From Amphiscolops sp. MND2022 (taxonomy: Eukaryota): a DNA stretch of 64,000 nucleotides. The notes beneath the pieces were generated by a model. That model was not told the DNA's origin. It ran no database searches and saw only the letters and a program-made list of their open reading frames with translations. Position 1 is the first letter of the stretch, and the number at the start of each line of letters is the position of its first letter. The position numbers were made by a program, and so were the translations under genes. Location: NCBI GenBank assembly GCA_964187785.1, contig OZ076417.1, forward strand, positions 55,552,001 to 55,616,000. Direction: 5' to 3'. Shown here one piece after another: positions 47,983-61,414 of the stretch.

Positions 47983-50900
47983 ATTTGCTACGACTCCAAT
48001 ATCAGGAAAAACTGCGTGTCAGACAGTTTATAATTCTGACCCTTCTACCATATTCTATACCGAATTTGTTTCTTCACTTAAAACAACCTCATCTGCTGAC
48101 TGGCTGACAACCTCATCTGCTGAGAACTAACCCTACACAACTTCGCAATCCGGACCACTGTTCCGACGAACTTGACTCGACTGCAAACTCTACCCGACCT
48201 CTTCCTTTAAAACCTGATTACAACCCATACTACATAGATCCCGATTACGGTGGTGACCCCTATTGAGACATTCAAATCTACAACCAACGTGAGTTACAAT
48301 TCCATGAACATTTCAACAAGCCAGAAGCTGAAATTGAACCAGACTGTCCCGTGTCTGACATAGTTTTAAACGATCTGTTGACCAAAGCGCTAGTCGACCC
48401 GTGGCAAACGAGAACCGATACTTGTGCCTCACAGACACAACATGAGACGGAACTCGAATCATGCAAATCCGGACAGCAAGTCTCTTTGACTACAGCCGTC
48501 GAAGCACGATTCGTGAACACGCTGGGTGACCAGAAATGGCGAACCAGATTACGTACCGCTGACAACCAATCTTGGACTCAAATATAAACGACGAATGCAC
48601 TATTTTCCCATCGATTTTGGCGAACTTGCATTAGATGGCCTTGTAGACACGGGAGCCTTATCTAGCGCAATCCCAGAAACTGATCTACGTAAAATCCAAC
48701 TGTTAGCCCCTCAGTCAATTGTCAAAGAGGGCCCAGCACCCAATTTGCAAATTATGGTAGCAAATGGGCAGTTGGAAACCCCGAAGAGCACTGTCGAACT
48801 AAAGTTTGAGGTCGGCGATATAGAATTCCATGAAATTTTTTTTGTAAAGGAGAAATTAACGAGTCCATTGATTGGCCTTTCGTTCTTACAACGAAAGAAT
48901 ACCATACTGGACATGCGACAGGGAGTCTTAAATTTCCCGTTTTTCTTCATGCAATTGCAAACAGCGGATCACAAGTACACCAACGTCATGGAGCCTATCT
49001 GTACACAGGAGGATATCACAATTCCCCCAATGATAGACAACTAGGCACGTTGAGTTCAAAACCGTACGACGATACCACTGTTACTGGCATCCTCCAACCG
49101 AATATTGCACTCACCGAGGACGGAGACATTGCCTTTTGCGCGGCATTGGTCACATTGACCTCCGGTCAAATACAAATTCATTTGAATAACTTCACTGACC
49201 ATCCTCAAGAGAGGTTCGCATGTTGCCAATTTCTCTGTCATGACCCCAGGACAGATGAAATATGTTAAACCTATAGACCCGGTTACAACTTGACACCTAT
49301 TGCAAAATAACCCTGAAAACACTGCATCTTTTGTTAGCAGCTTGATCAAATCTTCCGAACCAGAAAATTTCAAAGAAAACTATTGGTTCCCTACTCTGGA
49401 AGACCCTGGTTATTAGCAACAACATACGCCTATTCAAAAACGCATTCTTCAAGAACTATTGAATCTCCAAGAACTGGAAAAACTCGATCCTCAGGATGAC
49501 CCTGAGTCTGGGCGACAATTCCTGACCAACTTTGATTGGACAGACTCTATGCTGCAACCACAGGAAATTGCAAGCATTGAAGATCTACTAGTCGAATTCC
49601 ACGACATATTTGCCGGACACTGATTTGACATAGGCATGAATGAGAAATTTAAAGTCAAACTGACACCAAAAGACGATTCCCCAGCCTACAGTTAAAGTTT
49701 ACTAACGCCTATCAACCTCAAGGAAGACATTCGTGTCAAATTAGCACACTTACAACGCTATGGAATAATAACTACTCTCCCATTTTCCAAATACGCTAGC
49801 CCAATCTTTGCACAAAAGAATTCTAATGGCAAATTAAGACTACTAGTTGACCTTAGAAAGATCAGCAATCTTATATCAGATGACTACATCAACAACAAGC
49901 ATCCCGTCAGTACACTCACTGACGCTGCTGAACATATTGCAGGCAAAAAGCTGTTTTGCAAATTGGATTGCTGGCAAGCATACCATTACCTACAGATGGC
50001 TGATCAAAAGTCCATTGAAATGCTGGCGTTTAATTTTGCCATCCAAACCTTCGCATATCGCTTTATGCGTGAATACTTTGATAAAGTCATCAAAGCTGAT
50101 CAATGCGCACAATACGTCGATGATATCGGCATTGCCGCAAATGATGCTGAACACCTAATCCAGAACCTCCGAGCTACTTGCCAATGCATCGGAATAGCAG
50201 GCTTGAAACCTACAATGCACAAATGCTATTTTGGCCCGACGGAAATTGACTTCCTAGGCCGAACAATTTTTCTGGTTGGAGTACGTCCACAACGACCATG
50301 AGTCCAAAATTTTCTAGCAAACACAAAAGTCCCAAAATCTAAAAAAGCATTACAACGATACCTGGGCTTTCTCAACTATTACCGCAACTACATTCCCAGA
50401 CTCTCCAAAAAACTGACGCCCCTTTTCAAATTATTAAAAAACGATGAAAAAGTCCTGGTAAACCAGACCTGTTGGAAAAATTTACCGAAATAAACAAGGC
50501 TCTTGACCGTTGTTGCGAATTGGCACTCAAGCAACCGCTACCGAATAAGCAAATAGCTCTCATGACTGATGCCAGCTTTACGGCAGCCGGATATGCAATT
50601 CTGATTGAGGATGACCCCCACGAAAAACACATCTCAACGAAAGAAGATTTAACCACGGTGGCCTACGGATCAAACACCTTCAGTCCCGCACAGCTTAAAA
50701 TGTCCATTTACGCTGAGGAATTCCTTGCAAAATTCTTTGCCTTCAAGGACTTTCGACACATATTCTGGGGGATGCCTAAACTGGTAATAATAATGACCGA
50801 TAACAAATCGGTCACGCGTTTCTTTCAAACAAAGTTCAATCCACCTACCCTTTGGAACGCGTGCGATTACGTCACCCAATTTAACTTCACTATTGCACAC

Positions 50901-52670
50901 ATTCCCGGCAAAACAACGCGGCAGCCGATTACTTATCCCGTTTAAAAGTTTCACCAACAGAAAAATTGATCTTTCGCCTTAGGGAGGACATCCCCACTAC
51001 GCCAATTGAACTTCACGTCCAATCAGCGGGGGTCACAGAAGAAGAACAAATTTTCTACACTGAAGATGACGACGAAACCGAGGTGCAGATCTGGCAACGC
51101 AAAAAACAAGCCCGAGAGACCCCTCTCAACCAATTGCCGGATATTTCTTTTGATAAATTTACAATTATTTATAGTAAATATCAAACACTCTCTAATTCCA
51201 AAAATCTCGCCAATATAAATACTGTGGTCATAGAGCAAAACAACGAGGTTATTTTACATCAACTCAAACTCAAAACACAGAAAGAAGAGTATTCCGAAAC
51301 AATTCTGACACAAGACACAAGATATCAACACTACCTACGCCAATTGGACCGGAAGGTCCAGAAGAAGCAATGCAAATAAACCTTTTACCCAACCTCACGC
51401 CAAGCGGAGGATACAAAAATATTATTACGGCCATGGATGTTTTTTCGCGTTACCTTTTTGCTTACCCAGTTACAGATGTATCAGCGACCAATACGGCTAA
51501 GGTCATTATTGACATCATGACCAAACATACATATTTGCCAACAACTTTAATTACCGATAAAGGATCAGCCTTTACTTCAAAATTGGTTGCTGAAATTGCG
51601 CAAATATTGGGAATCCAAATCAGATGGGCGACCACAAAATACTCCCAGACAATAAATAAGCTTGAAAGGACTCATGCAAGTCCTAAAACGAATCTCAAGA
51701 TGGCCTCGGGGGATTATAGACGTCAGTGGCACAAATGTTTACCTTTGGCAGTCCTAAATTACAACACGTCATACCGCTCGACGTTTCGCTGTGAGCCCTC
51801 AAGGATTTTTCATGGACGAATACACTACGCTATTGTAGACCACAAATTGGGATTCAATCCCAATCCTACAGTTTTACCAACAACTGATTTTGCTGAAGAA
51901 TTTCAACGCAGAACGCAAATTTTGATAGATACAACAAAAAAAAATTTCATGCAATCTTAATTGAAGTACAAGGAATTTTACGACCGAAAGGCAAAAGCTA
52001 CACCTTTGAAACCAAACGATTATTTTTTATTTTACAACCCATAGCAGATCATCAGGGATCAAAAATCCCATTCCGAGAGTTTCGATGGATTGGTCCTTAT
52101 ATCATTGAAAAGGTTTTACCCAATGACAACTACATAGTCCGAAAACTCAACGCGAACAAGACGCAGATTTTGCATAAAATCCGTCTTCGAAAATATGAAC
52201 CAAATAGCGAATTGCAAGACGTACGTCCGGAAGGGAATTTACAACCTAATGACGAAATTGTTATTCCGCTTTATGATTTATACGTAATCACGTGGGAAAC
52301 GAACTTTGGCGACTTCGAGTCTGGCCGACGTAATACGCCCTACGAGCTACCGAATGAACGAGCAGGAAATACGAGCGACGTTGCTGACTATGCTGACCAA
52401 CCAGATCAAATTCTGAACGACGTGGACGTTCGGTCTGTCCACCAAACGACATTCGACTGAAAGAAGCTTCCTTGATGAACTAATGCACGAACGTGATGCC
52501 GAAACAATTCCTGATGATGAGACATCCTCAGGGGGGAGCGATACTGTCGAGCCCGAAGTATTAGAAAGTGAAAATGATGAAATGATTGTAGAAAATGTAA
52601 TTCCTAGAGGAGTAAAATACAACTTCGTCCTAACCCCACCCCTAACTACACTGAAGAATACAGATACTAG
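47973..52670 (+). pseudogene. pol: Element C pol, degenerate; integrase HHCC region deleted
   Basis: LVDTGALSSA, AQYVDDIG, ALMTDASF, ITDKGSAF, ends EYRY*. At ~51350 RQLDR joins GPEEAMQI, skipping ~0.3 kb present in B. Confidence 0.94.
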
Positions 52671-52921
52671 CGAGAACAATATATTGCAAAGTCACTGTCT
52701 TGCTAACTGCCCTCAAGGACGTGTATTTTAATTGGGACAATTCTGACTTTTTGAAATGAATAACTGTCGACAAAGCGACTTGGTTGCGTACAATACAAAA
52801 ACCACTGTAAACAATTGCGAAATAAATGATTAACAACAAGAAATAAATACAACAAACAAATACAACTAGTCTACAGAATACAAAGATACAACTATACGAC
52901 CAAAATGTACACTATGTATAA

Positions 52922-55900
52922 TTAGTTTTTACTACTACTCTGGCGAAGACTCTTGGCGCTTTGACTAATTTCATCTCCTGATAACAGACTCGTGGGACGC
53001 GTGTGCTCTTTCGAAGAGCGAAGAGTAGTGGGGGAATGCTGGACTTCAGATTCGCTTGCAGGTTTTCCTTTCTTAGGCTTTGTCTGAAACTTTCCTTCTG
53101 GGTCAAGCTTAGACAAAATTTCTGTTCGCCCAAAGTAATCCAATCCCAACCAAGGGTCGTACGTATCACTTAGGGCACTGCGTCCGAAGGTAGACTCGAG
53201 CTCGAGGAAATCGGAAAATCGGAGGCATCACTAGTGGCAGTATCAATATAACCAACCACGTTACTGAAACACGACTGGACCGGCAGGACGACATCCACTA
53301 GCTCACTCGTAAGGTCCTCAGTATTGTCGCTGCCAAACTAGACACATGAAGGGGGTGGAATGGTTCCTCCAAACAAAGGAAAGCAAGTTTGAAACTTCGC
53401 AGCAACAACGGACGAGCATGTAACAAGGCCTCTCCTGCGATGAAGTCAATGGCATCAGGAATCACAAGGTTGGGTTAGTCAAACTCAGAATATTTGACCA
53501 GAAGTTCGTCAAGAAATGACAAGTACTCTTCTTGTGCAAGGGACTCCTGGTCCATTGAGAAGTAACCTTGCAGTCTGAAAGTAGTGAAGAGCTTGCTGTA
53601 GCACTTGGTTGCAAGAGTAAGTGGCAGTTTCAAAAGAATTTCCACATCGAAGCATCCGAGTCCTTGAGCGATAAGCGTGGTAAAGTCAAAATGACTCCTG
53701 GTCTCCTTGAAGAGATGAGTCACATAACTCCTTGCAACTCTGCCGTAGTCTTCTTTAGCTTTACTTGTCAGCTCTTCCAGGGTCACCTTCTCTCCCTTCT
53801 CATAGTGCATATCAACTTCTGCCTTCAACTTACACGCATGGTCCAGTTTCAGTCCGAATTTTAGTTGATTGAGGAAGACGGTGACACTCAATGCGGGAGC
53901 AACATATACATCTAAGTTGAGGATTGCATCAATGCCATCCTCAGAGGGATGAGACTTTGAAAGAACCACCCGTTTTGCTAACTATGCGTGGAAACCTCGT
54001 TCTCGACGTCCGCTGAGGCTAAAAGAGAAGTTGTAGTATCTAAACATAGACTGAATTTAGTATGAATGCTAATGCGAAGGAAATCCTACAATCTACAGGA
54101 CAGTAAAAGTCAACAACACCGGAAGTCACAAATGGAGCATTGTATTGGAAACTGATATTATGCCAAGGTAAACGGAATTCTCTGAGTCTAAAGGTACTGA
54201 AAGATGTCCACCATTAAAAGGCGTTGGGATACTAACAATCACGGACCAACTTGTGGAAGAGTTCCAAATGTCAAGTGAAGAAATCGTCATGGATGATAGA
54301 CCACTCAAGAGTCTGTGGCTAAAATATGGGAATGCATTGCAAAACTTAAAAGAAGGACCGAGAGTACACCGGACGGAGTATGCCCTACACGATTTCGCAC
54401 GCCTTGCATTTGTTGCTGGACTGCATGGGCCGTCAAGTAGGTGGTGACAGATTTCCAGTGTGTGATCAACTCTTGGCAGAGAGCAGGAACGGAAGAAACG
54501 TCAAGTTTGCTAGACTTTATGGCCTAAAACACGAACAGAGAGTCGCTTAGCCATGCTAATTATAGTAGGGGATGTATTACAAGTGTGCCTTTGTACAATG
54601 ATGAGATTCTTTCTACGGAGCGAGACAAACTACAACCTTTGAATTTTCTAAGCATATGGACCGAAGGTAGAGAAGTACTAACTTTGTCCAAATCTGGGGT
54701 GAATAAAGTCCACTCCATTTGGACACTCCCTCCTAAAACGATCACGAGATGCTGCAGGATTGAAAAAAGTCCAAACACGCTGTTACTGTCCTTGTGCATC
54801 AGCTTCTTGATGGCAAATTCGTCAAAACTGGCAGGTCGTTGGACACCATGCTTCGACAATAGGGAAATGTCCAATAATTGCACAATGTGGAAAGAGCCCC
54901 CTGAACAACACACTAGATCTGCTTCCGTCGATATGGCAGCCAGGAATGTTGAAAGCAATCGCAATTCGGCAGCAGTCAGTCCACCGGTACGGCCGGTCCG
55001 AAGTACATAAACTCTGCACAACTCATTTTGCTTCCAAAACCGCACGTGCAAATGGAGGAACACGCCCTGTAGTTCAAACGCGACAGAGAACTGTCTTTCG
55101 GTGAGAACATCATTTCCCAGGCTGGGGATCATCTGGTGGAACAAGTGATGGAACAACATCTGAAATACAATCATGCAATTAGTCACGAGAGGACAGACGG
55201 CTATTCGCAAGAACACAAAATATGCTCACGTTACTGGATGACTAATACCTCATGAATATATGAAAGTTGCAATTTGATTGATTTAGATATTCACACACCG
55301 TTGCAGACCTAATGTCGACCAAACTAATGAAGACTACTTACTGAGATCCGAGTAGTACTCCAATCGATGTGCCAACACAGTGCCTGATGATTGACGACGG
55401 TCCCTGTGTGCTGCCAGAGGGTACGGAGAACCATATAGTCTCCTGACAGCGGGAGATAGTGGTCCAAGATAGAAATTTGCCATGTGGTCAACCTCTGCCA
55501 TAGCTTGGTCATAGAAGAGGAATTTCTCCCCGATGTCCACTAGCTCGGCTTTGATGAAGGGGGGAGTTTGCGCTGCAGTTGGTAGTTCGTTAAAAGCTTA
55601 CCATTTTGGCACCTGACCTGGTAGCGTGGCCTCTTCGTCAATAGGTCCTCGGTGGTCAAGCATTCGTACCTCCACTTCTGATCCTTGCGGAGAAGTCTGT
55701 GGCGTAATGTCGTAAAATTTCTTTGGGACCTTTTGCCCGGATGGAGATGTTGCACTTGCAGATCTGGTAGTAGATTTTGTGCTTGTTCCACTTAGGATCT
55801 ACAGGCCCGGATACGAAAAAGCAAGTCCATGGCATTGACTCAAAATACTTTGCCTTCATAACTCTCCCAATCCGCTTGCGAGGCTTGGATGGTCTGTTTG

Positions 55901-57191
55901 ACTTGTGGGCAGAACTTGTCTTCTTTGATGATTTCCTCCTCTCCCTGCAAGTTTCCTGTCGGACATTAGCTAAACTTTGTGCTCCCGGACTGGTACACTC
56001 CATAGTTGATGGTGTAGACCCAGGGTCTCTGCTCCCGTTGGCAACCGCTGTTGGTGAAGGGGCTAAATTGACCGAAGACTGGAAGTCATGAGGCGACTCA
56101 GGATCGATAGTGAAACCTTAGCTGCTGCTCTCCTCATGTACATCAGTGGTCAAAAACGAATTTGCATCGCCCTCAGTATCTGTGTCAGTGATATAACTTC
56201 ATTGCGAACACCCCCTTGGGGGGGGGGGTCTTGGAACGATCAAGCAAACTCAATTGACTGGCTTTCTGGACCACACTATTGACCAAAAAAAGCTCGGGCA
56301 CTCTCGTTTGCCACGATCTGATGGATACTTGTAATTTGCTCTTGGTTCAATGCAACCGTCGGATGTCCAGGGGGCAATTCAATAGGATTGGTCTCTGCGA
56401 AACATTGTTTTTTAAAAGCACGGCTAGTACTGGACAAAGGAGTTGGTTGGCTGGCAATTGGGGCTTGTGTTATTTCAGACTCATTACTGGAATCTTGGGG
56501 ACAGAGGATGTCAGTTCCGCGTGTAGGGCAGTAGAGAGCCTGAGCAAGAGAAGAGCGTGTTTGCAATGCAGTTTCTATATCCATCTCAATAAAGGATTCA
56601 TCTTCTGTATTGGACCGATAGTCTATTCTCTCAACTCCTACGTTCGATTCTTCTGTATTAACTTTTCCATCTTCTGTGTCCTTTCCCCAATATCTATTTT
56701 GCCCAAGTTGTCTTCTGATCTACAAGTCGTTTCTTTGGACGCTTGTTCGGAGCGAGCTAGGCCCGACGACTAAATGAGCAGGAGTGGGCGCTTCCAAGAA
56801 AGTAACCTCTGGCAGGTTATCGTTGGGGAATTCAGTGAGTGCTAGAAAGTTGGCACCAGGGGTGACGGATACCGAATCACTCACACTTGCCTTATCACGG
56901 TCTGAAGACTGTTCCTCTGTTATGGCTGGTGTCGGCTCCTCAGCTGCCAAAGACTCCATTTTTCTGGTAGAATAAGCTCAGCAGCTTTTTGTCTCACTGG
57001 CTGAAATTAATTCATTTATAGAACTTAAGTCTGCTGGTCGTTCGACGACTTCGACTTCAGGAGCTTGCTCGTCTTGTTGAGACTTGTTTTCCGTGTATTC
57101 TGCTATTGTTTGACTCGGTTGGTCACTCATTTCTTTGCCTAAGTGGAAAGAAAGAAATTTACGCGATCCACTTTCGCTAAAAAAAATCCAT
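52922..57191 (-). pseudogene. Element C antisense, intron-containing gene (homolog of B 29360-33664)
   Basis: Start MDFF-SESGSRKFLSFHLGKE; QICKCNISI...LRHYATD..HLRKDQKWRYE; introns 55341-55160, 54388-54319, 54236-54040; LESTFG..TYDPW..DYFGR near the end. Confidence 0.85.
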
Positions 57192-58546
57192 CCGCTAAAG
57201 AAAACTTTCAAAAGCAAGCTCATTATCTGTTCTTACCCATGGTTAATTATTTCATGATGGAGGAGGTGAAAATTAGTCAATGGGAAGCCCTGATCAAGCT
57301 CAATTTTGGCAGAACAATTTAAAAGAACCAACCTGATATTTGTCTATATTGGCAAAGAGAATCTGTGGGTTCAGCTACCGCTATTGGGCTGGAATACTGG
57401 GATCTGCAAATTGGAGATTGCTGTTGGGAACTTTGCCGCTCTGAACTCAGAAACAGGATGGACTTGAACTTAGGTCGCAATAGGTTGGACAGACTAACAA
57501 TCCGGACGATGCAAATCTGCGGGCGATGCTGCTACTACGACAAAAGCTGAAGATGTAGTTCTCTTTTGAACCAGACGGATAATTTGCTACAGGGGAATTG
57601 TAACAGGAATTGAGAATGTGAAATTTTTCATAATAGTTAAAACAATACAACTGTTGTGCTTCTGGCTGTAATAGTTAGTAAACTGGCTTACGTCGCTATA
57701 TATCATATTCGACCAGAAGTCCCACTTTCCCGAATCTACTACTTACCACTACTGTTGACTCTCAAGACGAACAATTCTTTGTTTACTAAACCCTTTCAAT
57801 TCATTACACATCAAAGGACGTCGTGGCTACATGCAAGTAAACTAATTGTTATAAAGTTTTTATTTCTTTGCATACTCCTTTATTGCGTTTTCAGTGTTAC
57901 GGAACCTGCCAGTAATGTACACTAATCCGATATTCCTTTTATTACACTTTTGTTTCATGTTTCTATGCTGATATAACCAGCACTTTTTATCAACATTTCA
58001 TATAATTATGCCATTCCATTACTCCATTCAGGATTTACTTGAATTTTCATTCTTTTAGTGAACCACTCTGATTGGACAGTTGGTCGAGGCTAGACGTAGA
58101 GACCGACGGTCTTTGAAGATACTTCACTGTTAAGAATGAGTGATGATAAGCAATCTCATCACTCATTGTCACCTCTTTATTAGTTATTATAACCACTTGA
58201 AGCGATCTCAAGGACTTAACAACTTTACGGGCGGCTTATCATCAAAACCTATTTGGTGAAGGAGTTTGCTTAATACGGAAAGTCGAAGAATTCGATGGAG
58301 GAAGCGGGTAAAAATTTCCCGAACTCATATTCCCGCGAATTTTGGGAGTCTCGACCTGAAGTCGATTGGACCAAGACTGCCATTCTTCTCAAAAGTCACT
58401 CTACGAATCAGTCGACTACTCTAAACCTTCAAAATTGCCAAGAAAGTTATCTCGAAAAGACTTCAAGTAGAAATGTCTCTACAGTTTGCGGTCGAAGACC
58501 TAATCGATCCCTTAGTTAACTGTCGTACCTCTCCTCAAAAAAGGAT

Positions 58547-59292
58547 ATGGAAGTAGACGACCCACCGACGGTTAACGAGATCGAGAATTCTGACAGCGAT
58601 ATAGAAATAATAGCTTGTTTCAAAGAAGTGCCAGTCACAAGACCGATGGGTATAGCAGGTCGTTGCATGACAACTGAAATCCCAGGCGACATTGACACTC
58701 TCTTCATCCTAGAAGGACTATACGGCCAGTCGACGAAGGACGACTCAGTGCCTTCTAGTGAACTAGTTGAATTAGTTCTGGGGAATCACCCACCTACCGA
58801 GTCTATGAAGCCAGAGTATCAACAGCCAATTGCAGCGTGTAGCCAATTGGAACCTATAATCGACTCACAGCTGTCTTCGCCTATAAAAGATCAGGGCCTA
58901 ATTTTACGTATTGGTCTAACCCGTGGGAAGACGACCAACCGTCCTAACAACCCGAAAACCCTCATATCTGGATAGTAGCTGTTAGCGCCAGTGGGATTTG
59001 CGGAAACCCGAACCAAGTTACCCAAGGAGACTGTATAGTGTGCGGATTAACAGCGGAAACAAACAGGGAAGGAATTACATTCGACTATCTTGAAAGAACA
59101 CATATTGCAGGAGAGACCTATGTAGCCCGCCTCAGGAGGAGAAATGCATTCCAAGCAGGGAAGCATGCTGGGTTTTTTATATTAGTCCCGGGGGGAGTGT
59201 CGCAGGCTACCTCCTGCAATGGTAACAGGTACCAAGCCGCAGTCAACGATGTTAACAACATGCCTCTACTTCCCGGAGTTTTGCCACTGTAA
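58547..59292 (+). pseudogene. Element C ORF3 (one frameshift), overlaps PPT and 3' LTR
   Basis: DSDIEIIACF; CGNPNQVTQGDCIVCG; VPGGVSQATSCNGNRYQ..PGVLPL*. Stops 95 nt inside the LTR. Confidence 0.8.
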
Positions 59293-60867
59293 GTCGCATC
59301 GACCACCAGTCTTTGTTTCAAAACTTTTACAAACTATTAGCTCTTACAAACTGAAATGTTACAATTTTGTAATACTACGGACCGTAAGTCCACTTGCCTA
59401 TTCAAGACATATTATCACAATTGAATTTTGTCAGCTAATATGCCTGATCTAAAAATTTGTATTTGTAATAAATTTCGCAATGAAAACGTACATTTACACA
59501 CTTGTCATGTACATATACATATATATGCTTACGCAATGTAAATCAGAATTAGTTGGTGGTTAGATTATGAAGCAATATGTAAAATTATTGCATGAAAGCA
59601 ACTACAGAGATCAAAGGAAACGCGTTCAAACTGTCTACCGCGCTGGTCGACTTGAACGCGTAGTCCGCCATTCAATTAACCAATCAGCATTGAGCTTTTC
59701 TAATCTCAATCATTCATTTGCTAGCCTTCATGGTCGCGTCTAGTTTTAGAGACCACTAGTCCACATTGTCTATTTACTTACTTTAACAGGCTTACATGTA
59801 AATAGACATAACTGAAGTGTTCTTGTGTTAATATCAGGACTTGAAAGGCGTGCCGCCTCGACTTTCCCCTTTTCCATTTTCCATCACCTGACCTTATGGA
59901 AGGTGCTATTTATAGCATGATATCACCATGACGTAAAGATAATATTAGTTCTCAGGGTTAAATTACCCAAATCTAGTGCTATTTTTAGCCTTGAAAACTT
60001 AACGTCACAATGAAGTTAAGTCCTTGATGCTATATTTATACAATGATTGTCGATATTTTGAGTGTCATGGCCTCAAGAGTTTATATATGGGGACCGTGAG
60101 GCGACAGGGACGATAATCGTCAACCTTGCTATAATCTATTCAGCTGCTAGAACACGATCCTTGAATTGTCATTGCTGCTTTGACTTGTAGTCCCGAATAC
60201 CATTAACATCATTCTGAAGTGGATTACTGTTTTCTTGTTCTGAAACTAGTCAAACTTGTTGTTGTATTAAATAGGCCCATTCATTCTTGTTCAAACACAA
60301 TTTTCTCCAATGCCTTCTACTAGAAAGCAAAAGGCGAAAGAAAGACGCTCTCGACAAGTAGACTTGATGTCTGACGTAGAAAATTTGGATGTGATGTTAG
60401 GAGCTTACTCAAGAGACGAGCTGGGAAGTAATTCAAGAGATGGAAATGATGAAGTTTACTTAGAGCAGACGTAGCACAAAATAGTGAAGATTTCAGGTCA
60501 CTTTTGAACTCTAATAGTAGAGAAATTAGTGAATCTACCGTTGAAACCATGAGGTTGGTGAACTCAAAAGTTTCTAAGAAAATGGATGAATTGAAAAGAG
60601 ACTTGAATTTCCAGATAATATACACTATAAATTCCGTAATTGATGAGAGGATTCTCCCGAGCATTCAGAATATTACAAACAGTCACAATTCAGCATTTCG
60701 GGAAGAAACGGACCGTATGTGCAGTGGATTAGGCAGGACCACCGAAGAGAAAAGAGCTAAAAATGCTTGGACAGATAACCCAAAACCCATTCGGGTAGGG
60801 ACCAACCAAAATGAGTACTGTAGAAGAAATTCTAAAGCTTCTCATTCTAGTGACGAAGAACGCGACA
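59198..60867 (+). repeat. Element C 3' LTR (1670 bp)
   Basis: TGTCGCAGG...CGCGACA, TATA-like TATATAT at 60082, LTR ORF MPSTRKQKAKERRSRQ at 60310 (frameshifted). Confidence 0.95.
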
Positions 60868-61374
60868 GTTTACATTTCCCAAGATGAGCAATACTGTGAC
60901 ACAGTTTGTAAACAAATATCTGTACATTGCTCAAACCTCAAACTAAACTGAGAATCATTCGCGAAAGCCTTTACAAAATAGATAGTACGAAAATAGCTCA
61001 ATTCATCATCAATTCACAATTATCCTACAACTTGCTTTCAATTAGATTCTTGAGCTCCACGTTAGCAAGCTACATGTTTAGTCATCCCTCGAAGATATCT
61101 CAAAAGTAGTAAAAACAACTTAAGTAGAACTTTTTCTGCAGTATCACAACGTTTCCATCTCTTGCTTTACAGTTTTTTGCAACAGTTTTTTCTTGAAGAA
61201 AATGTTTGCAGTCTTGTATGGATTTTTTTTCAAAAATGCTTTAAGCTTCTCGGACATTCTTTAAAGCACAGGGAAATGCTGCCAGAATTTTACAAGCTGA
61301 AGGGAAGTTTTACAAACATTATCCATGCAGGGTCCCTGAAGTTTCTATGTTTTCTAAAAAAAAATAGCCTGCTT

Positions 61375-61414
61375 TAATGCTGCATGTGAAAAGTTCCTGT
61401 AGTTTCGACTAGGG
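61375..61414. repeat. Orphan right end of the CACTA-like family at 10871-15129
   Basis: GCATGTGAAAAGTTCCTGTAGTTTCGACTAGGG vs GCATGTAAAAAGTTCCTGTAGTTTCAACTAGGG (ends 15129). Confidence 0.7.

Larger units (their letters stand above)
46161..60867 (+). mobile_element. Element C: full-length giant Gypsy LTR retrotransposon (14707 bp), same family as B
   Basis: TGTCGC termini, TSD GTTTA (46156-46160, 60868-60872), PBS TGGTAACAGG (46888), PPT GGGGGGAG (59190-59197), gag-PR-RT-RH-IN. Confidence 0.96.

Noticed and set aside
26007-60872. Target-site preference from similar TSDs GTTAT and GTTTA
   Set aside because: Only two sites, in opposite element orientations, in an AT-rich genome.
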